This document shows, piece after piece, positions 26,894 to 40,500 of a DNA stretch of 64,000 nucleotides. The position numbers were made by a program, and so were the translations under genes. Each line of letters begins with the position of its first letter. The first letter of the stretch is position 1. The notes under the pieces were generated by a model. The model did no database searches and was not told the DNA's origin. It was given only the letters and a program-made list of their open reading frames with translations. This stretch comes from the human T2T-CHM13v2.0 reference genome, Homo sapiens. The stretch is taken from NCBI RefSeq assembly GCF_009914755.1, contig NC_060927.1, one strand, 5' to 3'.

Positions 26894-28068
26894 TGTGGTA
26901 GTGAGCCTGCAGAATGGTCCACAACTATCCTTGCCTCTTGCTGTCCCCAGCCTTGTGTGATACTCTCTCATGTTGTGCCAAAGGTAGTCTGTGTGATCAA
27001 TAGACTGTGGCAGAAGAGATGGGTTATCACTTCTGAAATTGGGTTTTATAAGATATTTCTGCTTTCATGTCTCTCTCTCTCTCTTTTCTCTCTCTCTCTC
27101 TGTGTTTTTCTCTTTTCTCTCTCTCTGTTTCACACACTCTCTCTCTCTCTCTCACACACACATACACACACTGACACCAACTAAAGTCTCTTGCCAATAG
27201 CCACAGGAGTGCTCTAATCAAGCTTCAGAGGCCATAGCCCTGGTCTACAGCTTCACTGCTATCTCATGAGAGAGGCTTAGCTGAACCAACCAACTAAGCT
27301 GCTCCCAAATTCTGGATCTTCAGAAAGTGAGATGATATCTGGCTTTAAGCCGATAAATTTGGGGTGCAATCAGCTCTCTATAGCCATGGATTCTGCATCC
27401 ACAGATTCAACCAACCATGGATTGGTTGAATAGTCACACACACACACACAAAATGATACAGCAATTAAAAATAGTACAAACTTTAAAAATACAGTATAAC
27501 AGCTATTTACATAGCCTTTTACATTTTGTTAATTATTATAAATAATCAAGAGGTAATTTAAAGTACATAGGAAGATGTGCAAAGGTTATATGCAATTACT
27601 TTGGCATTTGCCAACATTTTGGCTGTCACATTACCTATTTGATTGTGTCTAAAATATAATTCAAGCATTTGGAACTAGGAGACAATGTTGATTTATTTAA
27701 AGACAAAAAGAAAAAACGTTCTGGTAAGGAATAAGTTTTTCAACCAAACATATTTTTTAAGTTGTAGGATATGAATAGCTGAATTAGAGCTAGCTTCTAA
27801 AATGTGGCTCAATAATAAAATTAATATAAATGCACAGCACTCTCATATGTCATAAAGTTTTTGCAAGTGTTAAGAGTTTGCAACATAGAAATATTTGAGA
27901 ATGTATACTTAACTGTCTAAATTTTCTTAAATTATGCTATATTGAATGTTTCTATTTTGGGGATTGGAGCATCCCCTAATTTTGGTATCCTCGGGGGTCC
28001 TGGGACCCATCCCCTGCAGATACCAAGGAACAACTGTAATTTGTTTTTTTGGGATAGATAACGAATAC
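26894..28068 (+). mobile_element. MaLR solo LTR, MLT1F-like, interrupted near its 3' end by MER2; contains (TC)n/(CA)n at 27069-27171
   Basis: TGTGGTAG start; the tail ctttaagccgataaatttggggt breaks at 27366 and resumes after the MER2 as aatttgtt..atagataacgaatac. Confidence 0.7.
27367..28036. mobile_element. TcMar-Tigger MER2-like element, interrupted by a ~360-bp foreign insert (27601-27958)
   Basis: Left arm caatcagctctctatagccatggattctgcatccacagattcaacc; body acagtataacagctatttacatagc..ggttatatgcaattact; right arm gagcatcccctaattttggtatcctcgggggtcctgg..gataccaaggaacaactg+TA. Confidence 0.8.
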
Positions 28069-28604
28069 TGTACGAGCTGTTATTTTAATGTGAAAATAGA
28101 TCATCAGAATCTACTTTCCTTTATCACCTCCATTATCATTTTCTGGGGGTTCCTTTTAATTATAAATAAAGGTAATTCTACTTCTTAAGAATAGAAAAAA
28201 TTTCAGCAATATTACATATAAAGTTTGAAAATTTTTTTTTTGGAAAGTAGCTGTCACATTGCCTATTTCACTATGTCTAAAATATAATTCAAGCATTTGA
28301 AACAAGGAGACGATGTTGGTTTACTTAAAGACAAAAAGCAAAAAACAACAACAACAACAAAAAAATCCTCTGGTAAGAAGTAAGTTTGTCAACCCAAACT
28401 TTTTTTCTAAGTTGTAGGATATGAATAGCTGAATTAGAGCTAGCTTCTAAAATGAGGCTCAATAATAAAATTAATTTAAATGCATGGCACTCTCATATGT
28501 CATAAAGTTTTTGAAAGTGTTGAGTTTACAACATATATATTTGAGAATGTATACTTAACTGTTTAAATTTTCTTAAATTATGCTATATTGAATATTTCTA
28601 TTTT
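27622..28604 (+). repeat. Dispersed direct duplication: 27622-27958 and 28250-28604
   Basis: Colinear throughout, e.g. both copies contain aagttgtaggatatgaatagctgaattagagctagcttctaaaatg. About 90% identity by eye; copy 2 has an extra (CAA)n. Confidence 0.95.
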
Positions 28605-29211
28605 CACAGCAAAATTTCAGAATTTTAAATGTATAAAGGCAATATAATAAGTGTAAAAATAGAAACAAAAATGCGATTCCATCTTTCTGGTTCTCTAATT
28701 TCAGTTGTTTTTGTATTTGTATCCCAAATTTTCCCATATATAGAAAAATCACACTTCTGTAAGACTGTATTTATAATATTGAGACTAGTTTTTTAAATTA
28801 AAAAAATTAAGATATAAGCAGCACATAGAAGGCAATTTTTAAAACTCTTTGAAAATATGAACTTAACAAATATCTATTATTAATATTTTGTTCATTATCC
28901 TAGAAGCCTCTTTATTATCTCACCCTGATCATTTATAAGTGGGAATACAAAATGCCAAAACCCAAGATCCACATTGCTAATAGGGGGAACCTGAACGGCG
29001 TTAGCTTTGGTCACATGGTCACTTTAGGTACGAGGTTTGGTGAACAGGAAATGGAAAACAATTGAGAACTTCCTGATAAAATTCTCACCATGACTTCAGA
29101 GAGGGTAGAATGAGCTGATCTCAAGTGAAAGTATTACAGGAAGTAAAAAACATAGCAGGTACCAAACACAGCAAGCATTCTGTAGGAGTAAAATCATAAT
29201 AGTGAATTCTT

Positions 29212-29328
29212 TTTTTTTCTTTTATTATTATTATACTGTAAGTTTTAGGGTACATGTGCACAATGTGCAGGTTTGTTACATATGTATACATGTGCCATGG
29301 TGGTGTACTGCACCCATTAACTCGTCAT
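29212..29328 (-). mobile_element. Very short 5'-truncated L1PA (L1PA3/4-like) with 18-bp TSD
   Basis: Poly-T tail followed by ttatactgtaagttttagggtacatgtgcacaatgtgcagg..cccattaactcgtcat. TSD tcataatagtgaattctt at 29194-29211 and 29325-29342. Confidence 0.93.
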
Positions 29329-29344
29329 AATAGTGAATTCTTAA

Positions 29345-29690
29345 TGAGTCCTCCTTTCTACCACATCACTCTCCTATTTCTGTATCACCTATTTTGACTC
29401 CATTCCCTCACCTCTTATTCTCTCCAATCTGCCTTTTACTCTTACAAATTCACAGAAACATTGCAAGTAATATGTAGTGTTCTAATTCTGTCCAGAGATT
29501 TTATCATACTGTAGCATTCTGGTTTCAAATCTTTATCCTATTTGATTTTTTTGAAGAGTTTGAGATCATTGTCCATCTATTTGTTGCCTTCTTGAAAGTC
29601 TTTTTATTGGCTTCAAGGATGCTCCTCTCTTGGGGTTCCACCTTTCCCTGGAATAGGACTCTTCTTTTGGTTCTAATGCCTTGAATCTTG
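29345..29690 (+). mobile_element. L2 LINE internal fragment
   Basis: Decayed L2 motifs ctccaatctgcc..cttcttgaaa..ttggcttcaaggatgctcctctcttgg. Confidence 0.5.
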
Positions 29691-30551
29691 AAATCTTGTA
29701 ATGATGCTTAAACAGCGAAAAGTTTCAAATAAAAACGTCTTATTAAAATTTGAATGGTGCAGAATTCATACCAGTACAGCTTGAAAAATTGAATAAATGA
29801 GGAAAAAATTATGGAAAAAATTAGTAGAACTGTAAAGGGAACAAATTTTGCCTTATATATTTACGTTCTGGAAATTTTCAATGTCACATTTAACATTAAT
29901 AACTGATCCTAGCAAGCTATTCAGGGTAGGCTAAAGTCATTTTCTTAAAGTTTATTCTAAATTTAGAAACACTTGCATTTTATCCTTTGTTAATAATAGT
30001 CTTCTAGCTAACCTAACAAGTGGACATAATAAAGGTTATTAAACATTCATAGGATTCCTAATTTCAAGAAGAAGTTCTATAAATATAGTATACGTGAAGG
30101 TAATGTATCAAGGGTTTTGAAATTTGGGATAAAGCTGTATGGGTTATTTTCATTAAAATGGTTTTCTCTGTCTGAACAATCTATGTTATTCATTTCTATA
30201 TATCATGTTCTGATACTGTTTTAAGCCATTTTTTGACCTTACAGCAATCGGATTCATTAAAATTTATTACAGCTTTATTAAATACGGGTAGCAATATAAA
30301 ATATGCCCAGACTAAATCATTTGTGACAATTCTGGTGTCGATCTATTTAAAATAAAGATAATGCCCTCATGCTAACTTAGTAGACCTTCGTGGAAGTCTT
30401 TTCACAAGCATTTCTATTCTGGCTAATTAATCAATTTTGGTAAACCTCATCATTTTTTCTAAGACACAATTTTCTTATTTGTAAAATAAAAGTAATGACT
30501 ACCTCACATAATTGTTTGTATTTTTTTAGTAGTCTGTCTGATACAAATGTG

Positions 30552-31949
30552 CAGGCATACCTCAGAGATATTGCACATTCAGGTCCAGACCACCACAAGT
30601 AGCAAGTTGCAATAAAGGAAGTGACAATAATTTGTTGCTTTCTCAGTGTGTATGAAAGTTATATTTATATATACTGTAGACAATTAAGTGTGCAATACCA
30701 TTATGTCTAAAAATGTTAATATATTAATAAAAATAATTCGTAGCTGAAAACTGCTAATTATCATCTGAGACGTCAGCAAGTCATAGTCTTTTCACTGGTT
30801 GAAGGTCTTTCCTTGATATTGATGGCTGCTGGCATCAGGGTGGTGGTTGAAGGTTAGGGGAGCTGTGGCAATTTCTTAATATTAGTCCCAATGAAGCTTG
30901 CTGCATCAATTGACTCTTCCTTTCACAGAATAATTCTCTGTAGCATGCAATGCTGATTAATAATAGCATTTTACCCACTGTAGAACTTCTTTCAGAATTA
31001 GTTAAGACTCTCAAACCCTGCCACTATTTGGTCAACTAATTTTATGTAGTATTCTAAATGCTTTGTTATCATTTTAACAATGTTCACAGCATCGTCACCA
31101 GAAGTAGATTCCATCTCAAGAAACCACTCTCTTTGCTCATCCATAAGAAACAACTTCTCATTCATTAAAATTATGTAATGAGATTGCAGCAATTCAGTCA
31201 CATTTTCAGGCTCTACTTCCAACTGTAGTTCTCTTGCTATTTCCATGATATATGCAATTACTTCCTCCACTTCAGTCTTAAACTTCTCAAACTCATCCAT
31301 GAGGTTTGGAATCAACTCTTTTGAACATCCCATTAATGTTGGCATTTTGACTTCCACTCATGAGTCACAAATATTCTTAATGGCATCTAGAAAGGTGAAT
31401 CCTTTTCAGAAGGTTTTCAAAGTACTTTGTCCAGATACATCAGAAAAATCACTATCTATGTCAGCTGTAGCCTTACTGAATGTATTTCTTAAATGATAAT
31501 ACTTCCAAGTTGTATACACATTGATCCATGGGTTGCAGAATGGATATTGCATTAGCAGGCATGAAACAACATTAATTTTTTTATACATCTCCATCAGAAC
31601 TCTTGAGTGACTAGGTGTACTATCAATGAGCAACAAAGTTTTGAAAGGAATCTTCTTTCTGAGCAATAGGTCTCAAAATTGAGTTTAAAATATTCAGTAA
31701 ACCATGCTGTTTAATTCTCAAGAGCCCTAGGATTTTCAAAATTGTCAGTGAGCATTGGCTTCAACTTCAAATCACCAGGGCACCAGCTGCTAACAAGAGA
31801 GTCAACCTGTCCATCGAAGCCAGGCATTAACTTCTTTCTAGCTATGAGAGTCTTAGGTGGTATCTTCTTCCAGTAGAAGGCTACCTAATCTAACCTGAAA
31901 AATATGTTTTTTAGTGTAGCCACTTTCATCAATGTTCTTAGCTAGATCT
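30552..31949 (-). mobile_element. Tigger1 DNA transposon, part carrying the transposase C-terminal relics
   Basis: TIR CAGGCATACCTC at 30552. ORFs 30998..31357 (EIARELQLEVEPENVTELLQSH) and 31406..31666 ([12 protein letters not shown]) are Tigger1 transposase fragments. Confidence 0.93.
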
Positions 31950-32030
31950 GATATCAAAACATCTACAATATATATACAAAAATATAAAGCAAGAAATTAA
32001 AACATACCACCAGAGAAAATCACTTTCACA

Positions 32031-32162
32031 GGAAGGAAAAAAAAAAGAAGGAAGAAAAGAAGGAAGAAAGAAAAAAGACCCAAAGGAAGGAAGGAAGGAG
32101 GGAAGGAAGGAAGGAAGGAAAGAAGGAAAGAAGGAAGGAAGGAAGGAAGGAAGGAAGGGAGG
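32031..32162 (+). repeat. (GGAA)n / purine-rich simple repeat inside L1
   Basis: Read directly from the sequence. Confidence 0.92.
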
Positions 32163-33718
32163 AGCCACAAAACAATCAGAAAATGAATAATAAAATGACA
32201 ATAATAAGCTATTACTTATCAATAAAAACATTAACTATAAATGGACTACACTCTCCAATCAAAAGACATACAGTGTCTGAATGGTTAAAAAACAAGACCC
32301 AACAATCGGTTGCCTATAAAAATACACTTCACCTATAGAGACAAATGTAGACTCTAAATAAAGAGATGAAAAAAGATATTCCATGCAAATGGAAACCAAA
32401 GAAGAGCAGGTATATCTACATTTGGATCATACAAAATAGACTTCAAGATAAAAACTGTAAAAGGAATCAAGCCCCTTATATAATTATAAGGGGATAAATT
32501 CAGGAAGAGGATATAACAAGTGTAAATATATATGCACCCAACATTGGAGCACCCAGATATATAAAGCAAATATCTTCAGAGCTAAAGAGAGAGACAGATG
32601 TCAATACAATAATAGCTAGAGACTTCAGCACTCTACTTTGAGAAGTGGACAGATCATCCAGCTACAAATTCAACAAAAAAACATTGGATCTAATCTGCAC
32701 TATAAATCAAATGGACCTAACAGATATGTACGGAACATTTCATCCAATGGCTGCAGAATACACATTCTTCTCCTCAGCACATGGATAAGTCTCAAGAACA
32801 GACCTTACATTAGGCCAAAAAATAAGTCTTACAAAATCAGAAAAACATGATATCATATCAAGATTCTTCTCTGACCACAATGGAATAAAATTGGAAATCA
32901 ATAACAAGAAGAAACTACAAATATGTGGAAATTAAACAATGTCCTCTTGAATGACTAGTGGGTCAATGAAGAAATTAAGAAAAAAATTTACAAATTTCCT
33001 GACACAAATGAAATGGAAACACAACATACCAAAACCTATGGCATACAGCAAAAGCAGTACTAAGAGGAAAGTTTATAGCAATGAGCACCTATATAAAAAA
33101 GTACAAAACCTTAAAATAAACAACCTAACATCATAAGGAACTAGAAAAGCAAGAACAAATCATACCCAAATACTAGAGGAAAAGAAAAATAAAAAGATCA
33201 GATTAGAAAAAAGAAAATCAAAACAAAAAAGACAATACAAAATGAAACAAAAAAGTGATTTTTGAAAAGATAAAAGCAACAAGCTTTTAGCTAGACTAAA
33301 TAAGAAAAAAGAAAGAAGACCCAAATAAATAAAAATCAGAGATGAAAAGGGAGACATTAAAATTGATAATTCAGAAATTAAAAGGATCATTAGAGACTAC
33401 TATGAGAAACTATATGGCAAAAAAAATTAAAACCTAAAAGAAATGGGTAAATTCCTAGACACATACAATCTGTCAAGATTCAACCATGAAGAAATGTAAA
33501 ACCAAAACCTGAATCAACCAATAACAAATAACAATCAAAGCCATAATAAAAAGTCTCCCAGCAAAGAAAACCGAGGACTCTGTGGTTTAAATGTTGAATT
33601 CTACCAAATACCAAATCCTACCCAAATTATTCCAAAAAGTAGAATAGTAGGAAATTTTTCCAAACTCATTCTACAAGGTCAGTATTACCCTGATACCAAA
33701 AACAGACAAAGACACATT

Positions 33719-33758
33719 AAAAAAAAGAAAGAAGAGAAAGAAGAAAGAAAGAAGAAAG

Positions 33759-33796
<38 letters not shown>

Positions 33797-33887
33797 GGAG
33801 AGAAAGAAAGAAAGAAAAAGAAGAAAGAAAGAGAAAGAGAAAAAGAAAGAAAGAGAAAGAAAGAAAAAAAGAAGAAAGAAAGAAGGA

Positions 33888-33959
<72 letters not shown>

Positions 33960-33966
33960 AAAAAGA
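33719..33966 (+). repeat. Compound (GAAA)n microsatellite; 19 perfect units at 33886-33961
   Basis: About 250 bp of pure purine within L1 ORF2. Confidence 0.97.
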
Positions 33967-34255
33967 ACGAATGAACTAAAGGCCAATATTTATGTTGAGC
34001 ATTTATGCAAAAATCCTCAACAAAATACTAGCAAACTGAATTCAACAACACCCTAAAAAGATCATTCAGCATGACCAATAGGGATTCATACCAGTGGTGC
34101 AAGGATAGTTCAACATATGCAAGTCAGTCAATGTGATACATCATTTGAACTGAATGAAGAACAAAAACCATATGATCCTTTCAACTGATGCTGAAAACGC
34201 TTTGATAAAATTCAGTATTGCTTCATGATAAAAGCCCTCAAAAAACTGGATATAA

Positions 34256-34550
<295 letters not shown>

Positions 34551-34601
34551 AAACCCTGGATATAGCAGGAACATATCTCAACAAAATAAAAACCATATAC
34601 A

Positions 34602-34939
<338 letters not shown>

Positions 34940-37234
34940 CTAAGATCTTGAACAAGGCAAGGATGCCTACTCTCACCACTGTTATTCAAATAGTACTGGA
35001 AGTTCTAGCTAAAGCAATCCAACAAGGGAAAGTAAATGCATCCAAACTGCAAAGGAAAACGTCTAATTATCTTTGCTTGCAGTTGATATGTTCTTATATT
35101 TAAAAAAACCTAAAGACTTCACAAAAATATTAGATCTGACAAAAAAAAAAACCCAGTAAAGTGGCAGGATACAAAATTAACATACAAAAATCAGTAACAT
35201 TTTTATATGTTAACAGGGAATAATCTGAAAAAGAAATCAAGAAAGTAATCCCATTTACAATAGCTACAAAGAAAACAAAATACCCAGGAATAAAGCCAAA
35301 GAAATAAAAGATCTCTACAATGAAAAGTATAAAATATTTAGGCAAGAAATAGAAATGTTCACAAAAATGAAAGGATATTTCATATCCATAGATTGGAAAA
35401 ATAAATATTGTTAAAATGTTCATACTACCCAAAACAATCTATAGATTCAATACAATCTTTATCAAAATACCAAAATGCCAATCTTTACATTCTTCACAGA
35501 AACAGAAATAACAATCCCAAAATTAGATAAAGGACCCAGAATAGCCAAAGCTGTCTTGAGCAAAAAGAACAAAACTGGAGGAATCACATTACTTGACTTC
35601 AAACTATACTACAAAGCTATAGTAACCAAACCTGCATGGTACTGGCATAAAAACAGACACAAAGACCAACGAAACAGAATAGAGAACCCAGAAATAAATC
35701 CATACATCTAAAGTGAACTCATTTTTGACAAAGGTGTCAAGAACATACATTGGAGAAAGGACAGTTTATTCAATAAATAGTGCTGGAAAAACTGGATATC
35801 CACATGCAGAAGAATGAACCAAGATGTCCATCTCTTGCCATATACAAAAATCTAATCAAAATGAATTAAAGACTTAAATTTAAACCTCAAACTGTAAAAC
35901 TACTAAACGGAAACATTAGGAAGACTCTTCAGGACATTGGCCTAGGCAAGGATTTCTTGAGCAATACACCACAAGCTCAGACAACAAAGGCAAAAATGGC
36001 TGAATGGGATCACATCAAGTTAAATATCTTCTGCACAAAAAAGGAAACAATCAACAAAGTGAAGAGACAACCCAGAGAACGGAAGAAAATATTTGGAAAC
36101 TATCCATCTGACAAGGGATTAATAACCAGAATATATAAGGAGCTCAAAAAGCTCTAGAGGAAAAAAATCTAATAATCTGATTTAAAAATAGGGAAAGGAT
36201 CTGAATAGACAGTTCTCAAAAGAAGACATACAAATGGCAAACACATGTAGAAAAAGGTGCTCAAGATTATTGATCATCAGAGAAATGCAAATTAAAACTA
36301 CAGTGAGCTACCATCTCACCCCAGCTAAAAAGGCTTATATGCAAAAGGCAGGCAATAACAAATGCTGGTGGGGGTATGGAGAAAGGGTAGCTCTCATACA
36401 CTCTTGTCAGGCATGTAAATTAGTACAGCCACTGCGGAGAACAGTATGGGGGTTCCTCAAATATTTAAAAATAAAACTAAAAATAAAACTTCCTCAAATA
36501 TTTAAAAATATGATCCAGGGATCCCACAGCTAGGTATACCCCCTGCAAAAAGGAAATCAGTATATTGAAGAGATATCTGAACTCCCATATTTATTGTAGC
36601 ACTATTCATAATAGCCACAATTTGGAATTAACCTAAGTGTGCATCAACAGACAAATGAATAAAAGAAAACATGGTACATATACACAATGGAGTGCTATTC
36701 AGCCATGAAAAAGAATGAGATCCTGTCATTTGCAACAACATGTATAACACTGGAGGACATTATGTTAAGTGAAATAAACCAGGCACAGAAAGACAAACTT
36801 TGCATGTTCTCACTTATAACTGTAGGAGCTAAAAATAAAAACAATTGAACTCATGCAGATAGAGAGTAGAGTAGTATGACAGTTACACAGCCTGGGAAGG
36901 GTCGTGTGGGAGTGGGAAAGAAATGAAGATGGTCAGTGGATAAAAAGCATATAGTTATATACAAAGAATAAGATCTGGTATTTGATAGCACAACAGGATG
37001 ACTACAGTCAGTAATAATTTGTTGTATATTTTAGAATAACTGAGGGAGTACAATTGGATTATTCATAACACAAGTAAATAATAAATGCTTGAGGTGTTGG
37101 ATGCCCCATTTACCCTGATGTGATTATTAAACATTGTATGCCTGTATGCAAATATCTCATGTACCCCATAAATATATAAATATAAATATATATATACACT
37201 ATGTATCCATAAAGTTTTTTTTTTAAAAAAAGAA

Positions 37235-37934
37235 AAGAATATCGCGGCAGATCTTTTATCGAGACCAGCAAAACTTTCTCTGTATCAGCAATGATGCCGT
37301 TTTGCTTTCTTATCACTTGCGTATTCACTGGAGTAGCACTTTTAATTTCCTTTAAGAACTTTCCCTTTGCATTCACAACTTTGCCATTAGGTGCGAGAGG
37401 CCTAGCTTTCAGCCTGCCTCGCTGCTGGCATGCTCACTAATGTTAATCATTTTTAACTTTTGATGTAAAGTGAGCAACATGTGACTCCTTTTTTCACTTG
37501 AGCCCTTAGAGTCCTTTGTAGGGTTATTAATTAGCTTATTTCAATATTGTTTTGTCTCAGGAAATAGGGAGGTCTGAGGAGAGAGAGAGATGAGGGGATG
37601 GCTGGTCAGAGGAGAAGTCAGAACACACACCTGTATTGATTAAGTTTACTATCTTATGTGAGCAGGGTCCATGGCACCCAAAAACAATTACAACAGTAAC
37701 ATCAAAGATCACTGCTCACCAGCTCACCATAATAAACGAATACTAATACATTTTTGCATATTGTGGGAATTATCAAAATATGACACAGAGGTACAAAGTG
37801 AGCACACGCTGCTGGAACAATGGCACTGACAGGCTTGCTTCATGCAGGGTTGCCACTAACCTTCAGTTTATAAAAAAAGTGCAATATCTGCAGAGTGCAA
37901 TCAAGCGAAGCACAATAAAATGAGATTTTTCCCG
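37235..37934 (-). mobile_element. Tigger1 DNA transposon, part carrying the transposase N-terminal relic
   Basis: ORF 37110..37376 ([30 protein letters not shown]). Ends gcgaagcacaataaaatgaga..cccg, a decayed TIR. Confidence 0.9.
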
Positions 37935-38082
37935 TGTTATAGGAAATGATTATTCTGAATAAATGGTACATTGTCTTGAAAATCTATTAGTTTACCATGA
38001 ATTTACCATTCATAGTACCTGGCCTTCCAGCATATTGGAGATAATGGGGTCCTTAAAACCACTGTAAGATACCACCTTCAGA

Positions 38083-38479
<397 letters not shown>

Positions 38480-38970
38480 TTAGCTTAGTAAATATTTAGC
38501 CATATGCCACATGAGTGAAGCCCAAGGACAAATGGTATTTGTGGCCAGGAGAGAAGCAGAACTCCAAGTCTATGATTTATGGAAGGCTATCTAGATAGTT
38601 GTTTTCTTTATTGTCTGTGGAGCGTAAACTTCAAGATCATGGATAAATACAATTTGGAGATCATTTTTGATCTCATTACATTAATAGAAAAGAGACAGAG
38701 CATGGAGTGTTTTGCTGAAAACAATTTTGATAAGACCTTGAAAGACACAACCAACTCAATAGTAAATATTAGTCATATTTGTATAATTTGTCTCTTACTT
38801 CATAAGAGAGACACCATGGTAAAAATGGAGTTGTTCATTATTCTGCTTATTTTTGAGGAATTCAGAGGAGGTCGTTAGGTTTAATTTAATGAACTTGAAC
38901 ATACTTTCTGGAGCAAAGGAGATTCCTCTGGATAGCAAATGTTCCTTTTCTCTTTCATTCTGCCTAACCT

Positions 38971-39210
38971 GAAAAGGAGGAGGAGGAGAAGCGGGAGGAG
39001 GAAGAGGAGGAGGAGGATACAGAAAAGGAGGAGGAGGATACAGAAAAGGAGGAGGAGGATACAAAAGAGGAGGAAGGATGGAGGGAAGGAAGGAAGGAAG
39101 AAAGGAAGGAAGGGAGGGAGGGAGGGAGAGAGGAAGGGAGGAGGGGAGAGAGGGAGGCGAGAAAAAAGAAAGGAAAGTAGGAAAAGAGAAAAGGAGAGAG
39201 GAAAAAAAAC
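38971..39210 (+). repeat. GA-rich low-complexity tract with a 21-bp tandem unit
   Basis: gaggaggaggatacagaaaag x~3 at 39007-39066, then (GGAA)/(GGGA) runs. Confidence 0.9.
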
Positions 39211-39685
39211 ACACAGACATACACACATACAAACTTATCTTTCTCTACTTTTCTCAAACTATTTTATCAATTTTATTCAGGATTACTCACTTGTTAATTT
39301 TTTGCGTGTTTTCAAATAAATTATATATTTATGCAGGACCAGGACCGTATCTTGTATTTATTGGTCTTTATACACTCGACTCAAGTTGGACAACTAAAAC
39401 AAATTTATATAAGTGCTTTTAACAACTTCCAGGAAATGTTAGGATGTCTAGAGGGAATATGATAAACAGAGAAGGCGGAATCACTTCTAGCTAAGTCATG
39501 TAAGAGTATGATTCTTATTATTGACGAATGACACATTAAAGGGAGCTAAGACGTGAAGCTATAGGAAAATGATGTGTTCACTTAAAATGCAGATTTTCTG
39601 TTCACACTTACATGGCTGGGCAAGCAGAGTGATGAACTAATATTTATGAGCTGCATTCGAGGCTTACGGAAATTTCATAGTCACT

Positions 39686-40100
39686 TTATTCATTCAGCAG
39701 ATATTTACTGAGTTCCTATCTTGTGTGGGTGTAGAGGTGATCAAGAGTGATGGTCACATTCTCTTAGGGAGAGAATAAAAGTAAACAAATGAGAGAACGA
39801 TGAATGCTAAGGGGTTTGCTGGCTAAAGAGAGAGGACAGCACAGTGGTGGGCTAGTGGGTTACTAGTTAGGGAAGGGAACCTTCTCTGAGAGATAGTTTG
39901 ATCTTAGACAAAAGTCTCAGAAGAGATCCATCTATGTGAAACCATGAAGGAAGGAAGATATTTTTGGTAGTGAGAACTACAAGTCCAAAACCTTTCGGCA
40001 GAATTGAACATGGTACAGCTAGAAGGAGTGTGATTCGTAGCAGTCGGTTTTCTAACAAGGATAGGTGCACAAACTGAGAAACGATGTCATAAATCAGAGG
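39686..40100 (-). mobile_element. L2 LINE 3' region
   Basis: ttattcattcagcagatatttactgagttcctat (reverse L2 tail) followed by a decayed L2 body. Confidence 0.6.
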
Positions 40101-40109
40101 ATCTTTATA

Positions 40110-40500
40110 CTAATAGTAGTAATGGGTAATAATTAGTGTGGACTTACCTTGTGCCACTAGGTCAAACTTTCTGCATAGACTGCATTTAAAGACAACAGTA
40201 GCATAATATTAAAGTTAAGGTTTTGAGAGCAGACAGTCCCTAAATTTGAATGCTATTTCTTGCCAATTATTAGCTTCGCAAACACTAGTAGATTTCTTAA
40301 TATATCATCTTTTCTTCCCCTTGTTTAGACTGAGTATAATAATAGTGCCAACCTCCTATGACTGTTCTGACAAATAAATAATAGCAGTTAACGTTTACTG
40401 AGTACTAACTATGAGCCAGTTCCTTAACATGAATTCACTTAACCCCGCCAGATTAGTAAAGCTCATTAGGCCAGGGTCAGAGCTTATGCTCTTCGTAATA
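40110..40500. mobile_element. Cluster of MIR fragments
   Basis: gttaaggttttgagagcagacag..ataataatagtgccaacctcctatgactgtt, plus flanking reverse-orientation MIR-like pieces. Confidence 0.5.

Noticed and set aside
27601-27614. TTGGC..GCCAA as an NFI site
   Set aside because: The spacer is 4 nt rather than the canonical 5; better explained as junction filler.
30998-31666. Transposase-like ORFs suggesting a domesticated TIGD1-type gene
   Set aside because: The frames are broken by stops, frameshifts, deletions and a 5-kb L1; an ordinary dead Tigger1.
38795-39422. Several 97-145 aa ORFs on both strands
   Set aside because: They are translations of the GA-rich simple repeat (poly-P/L/R/S) and carry no real coding signal.
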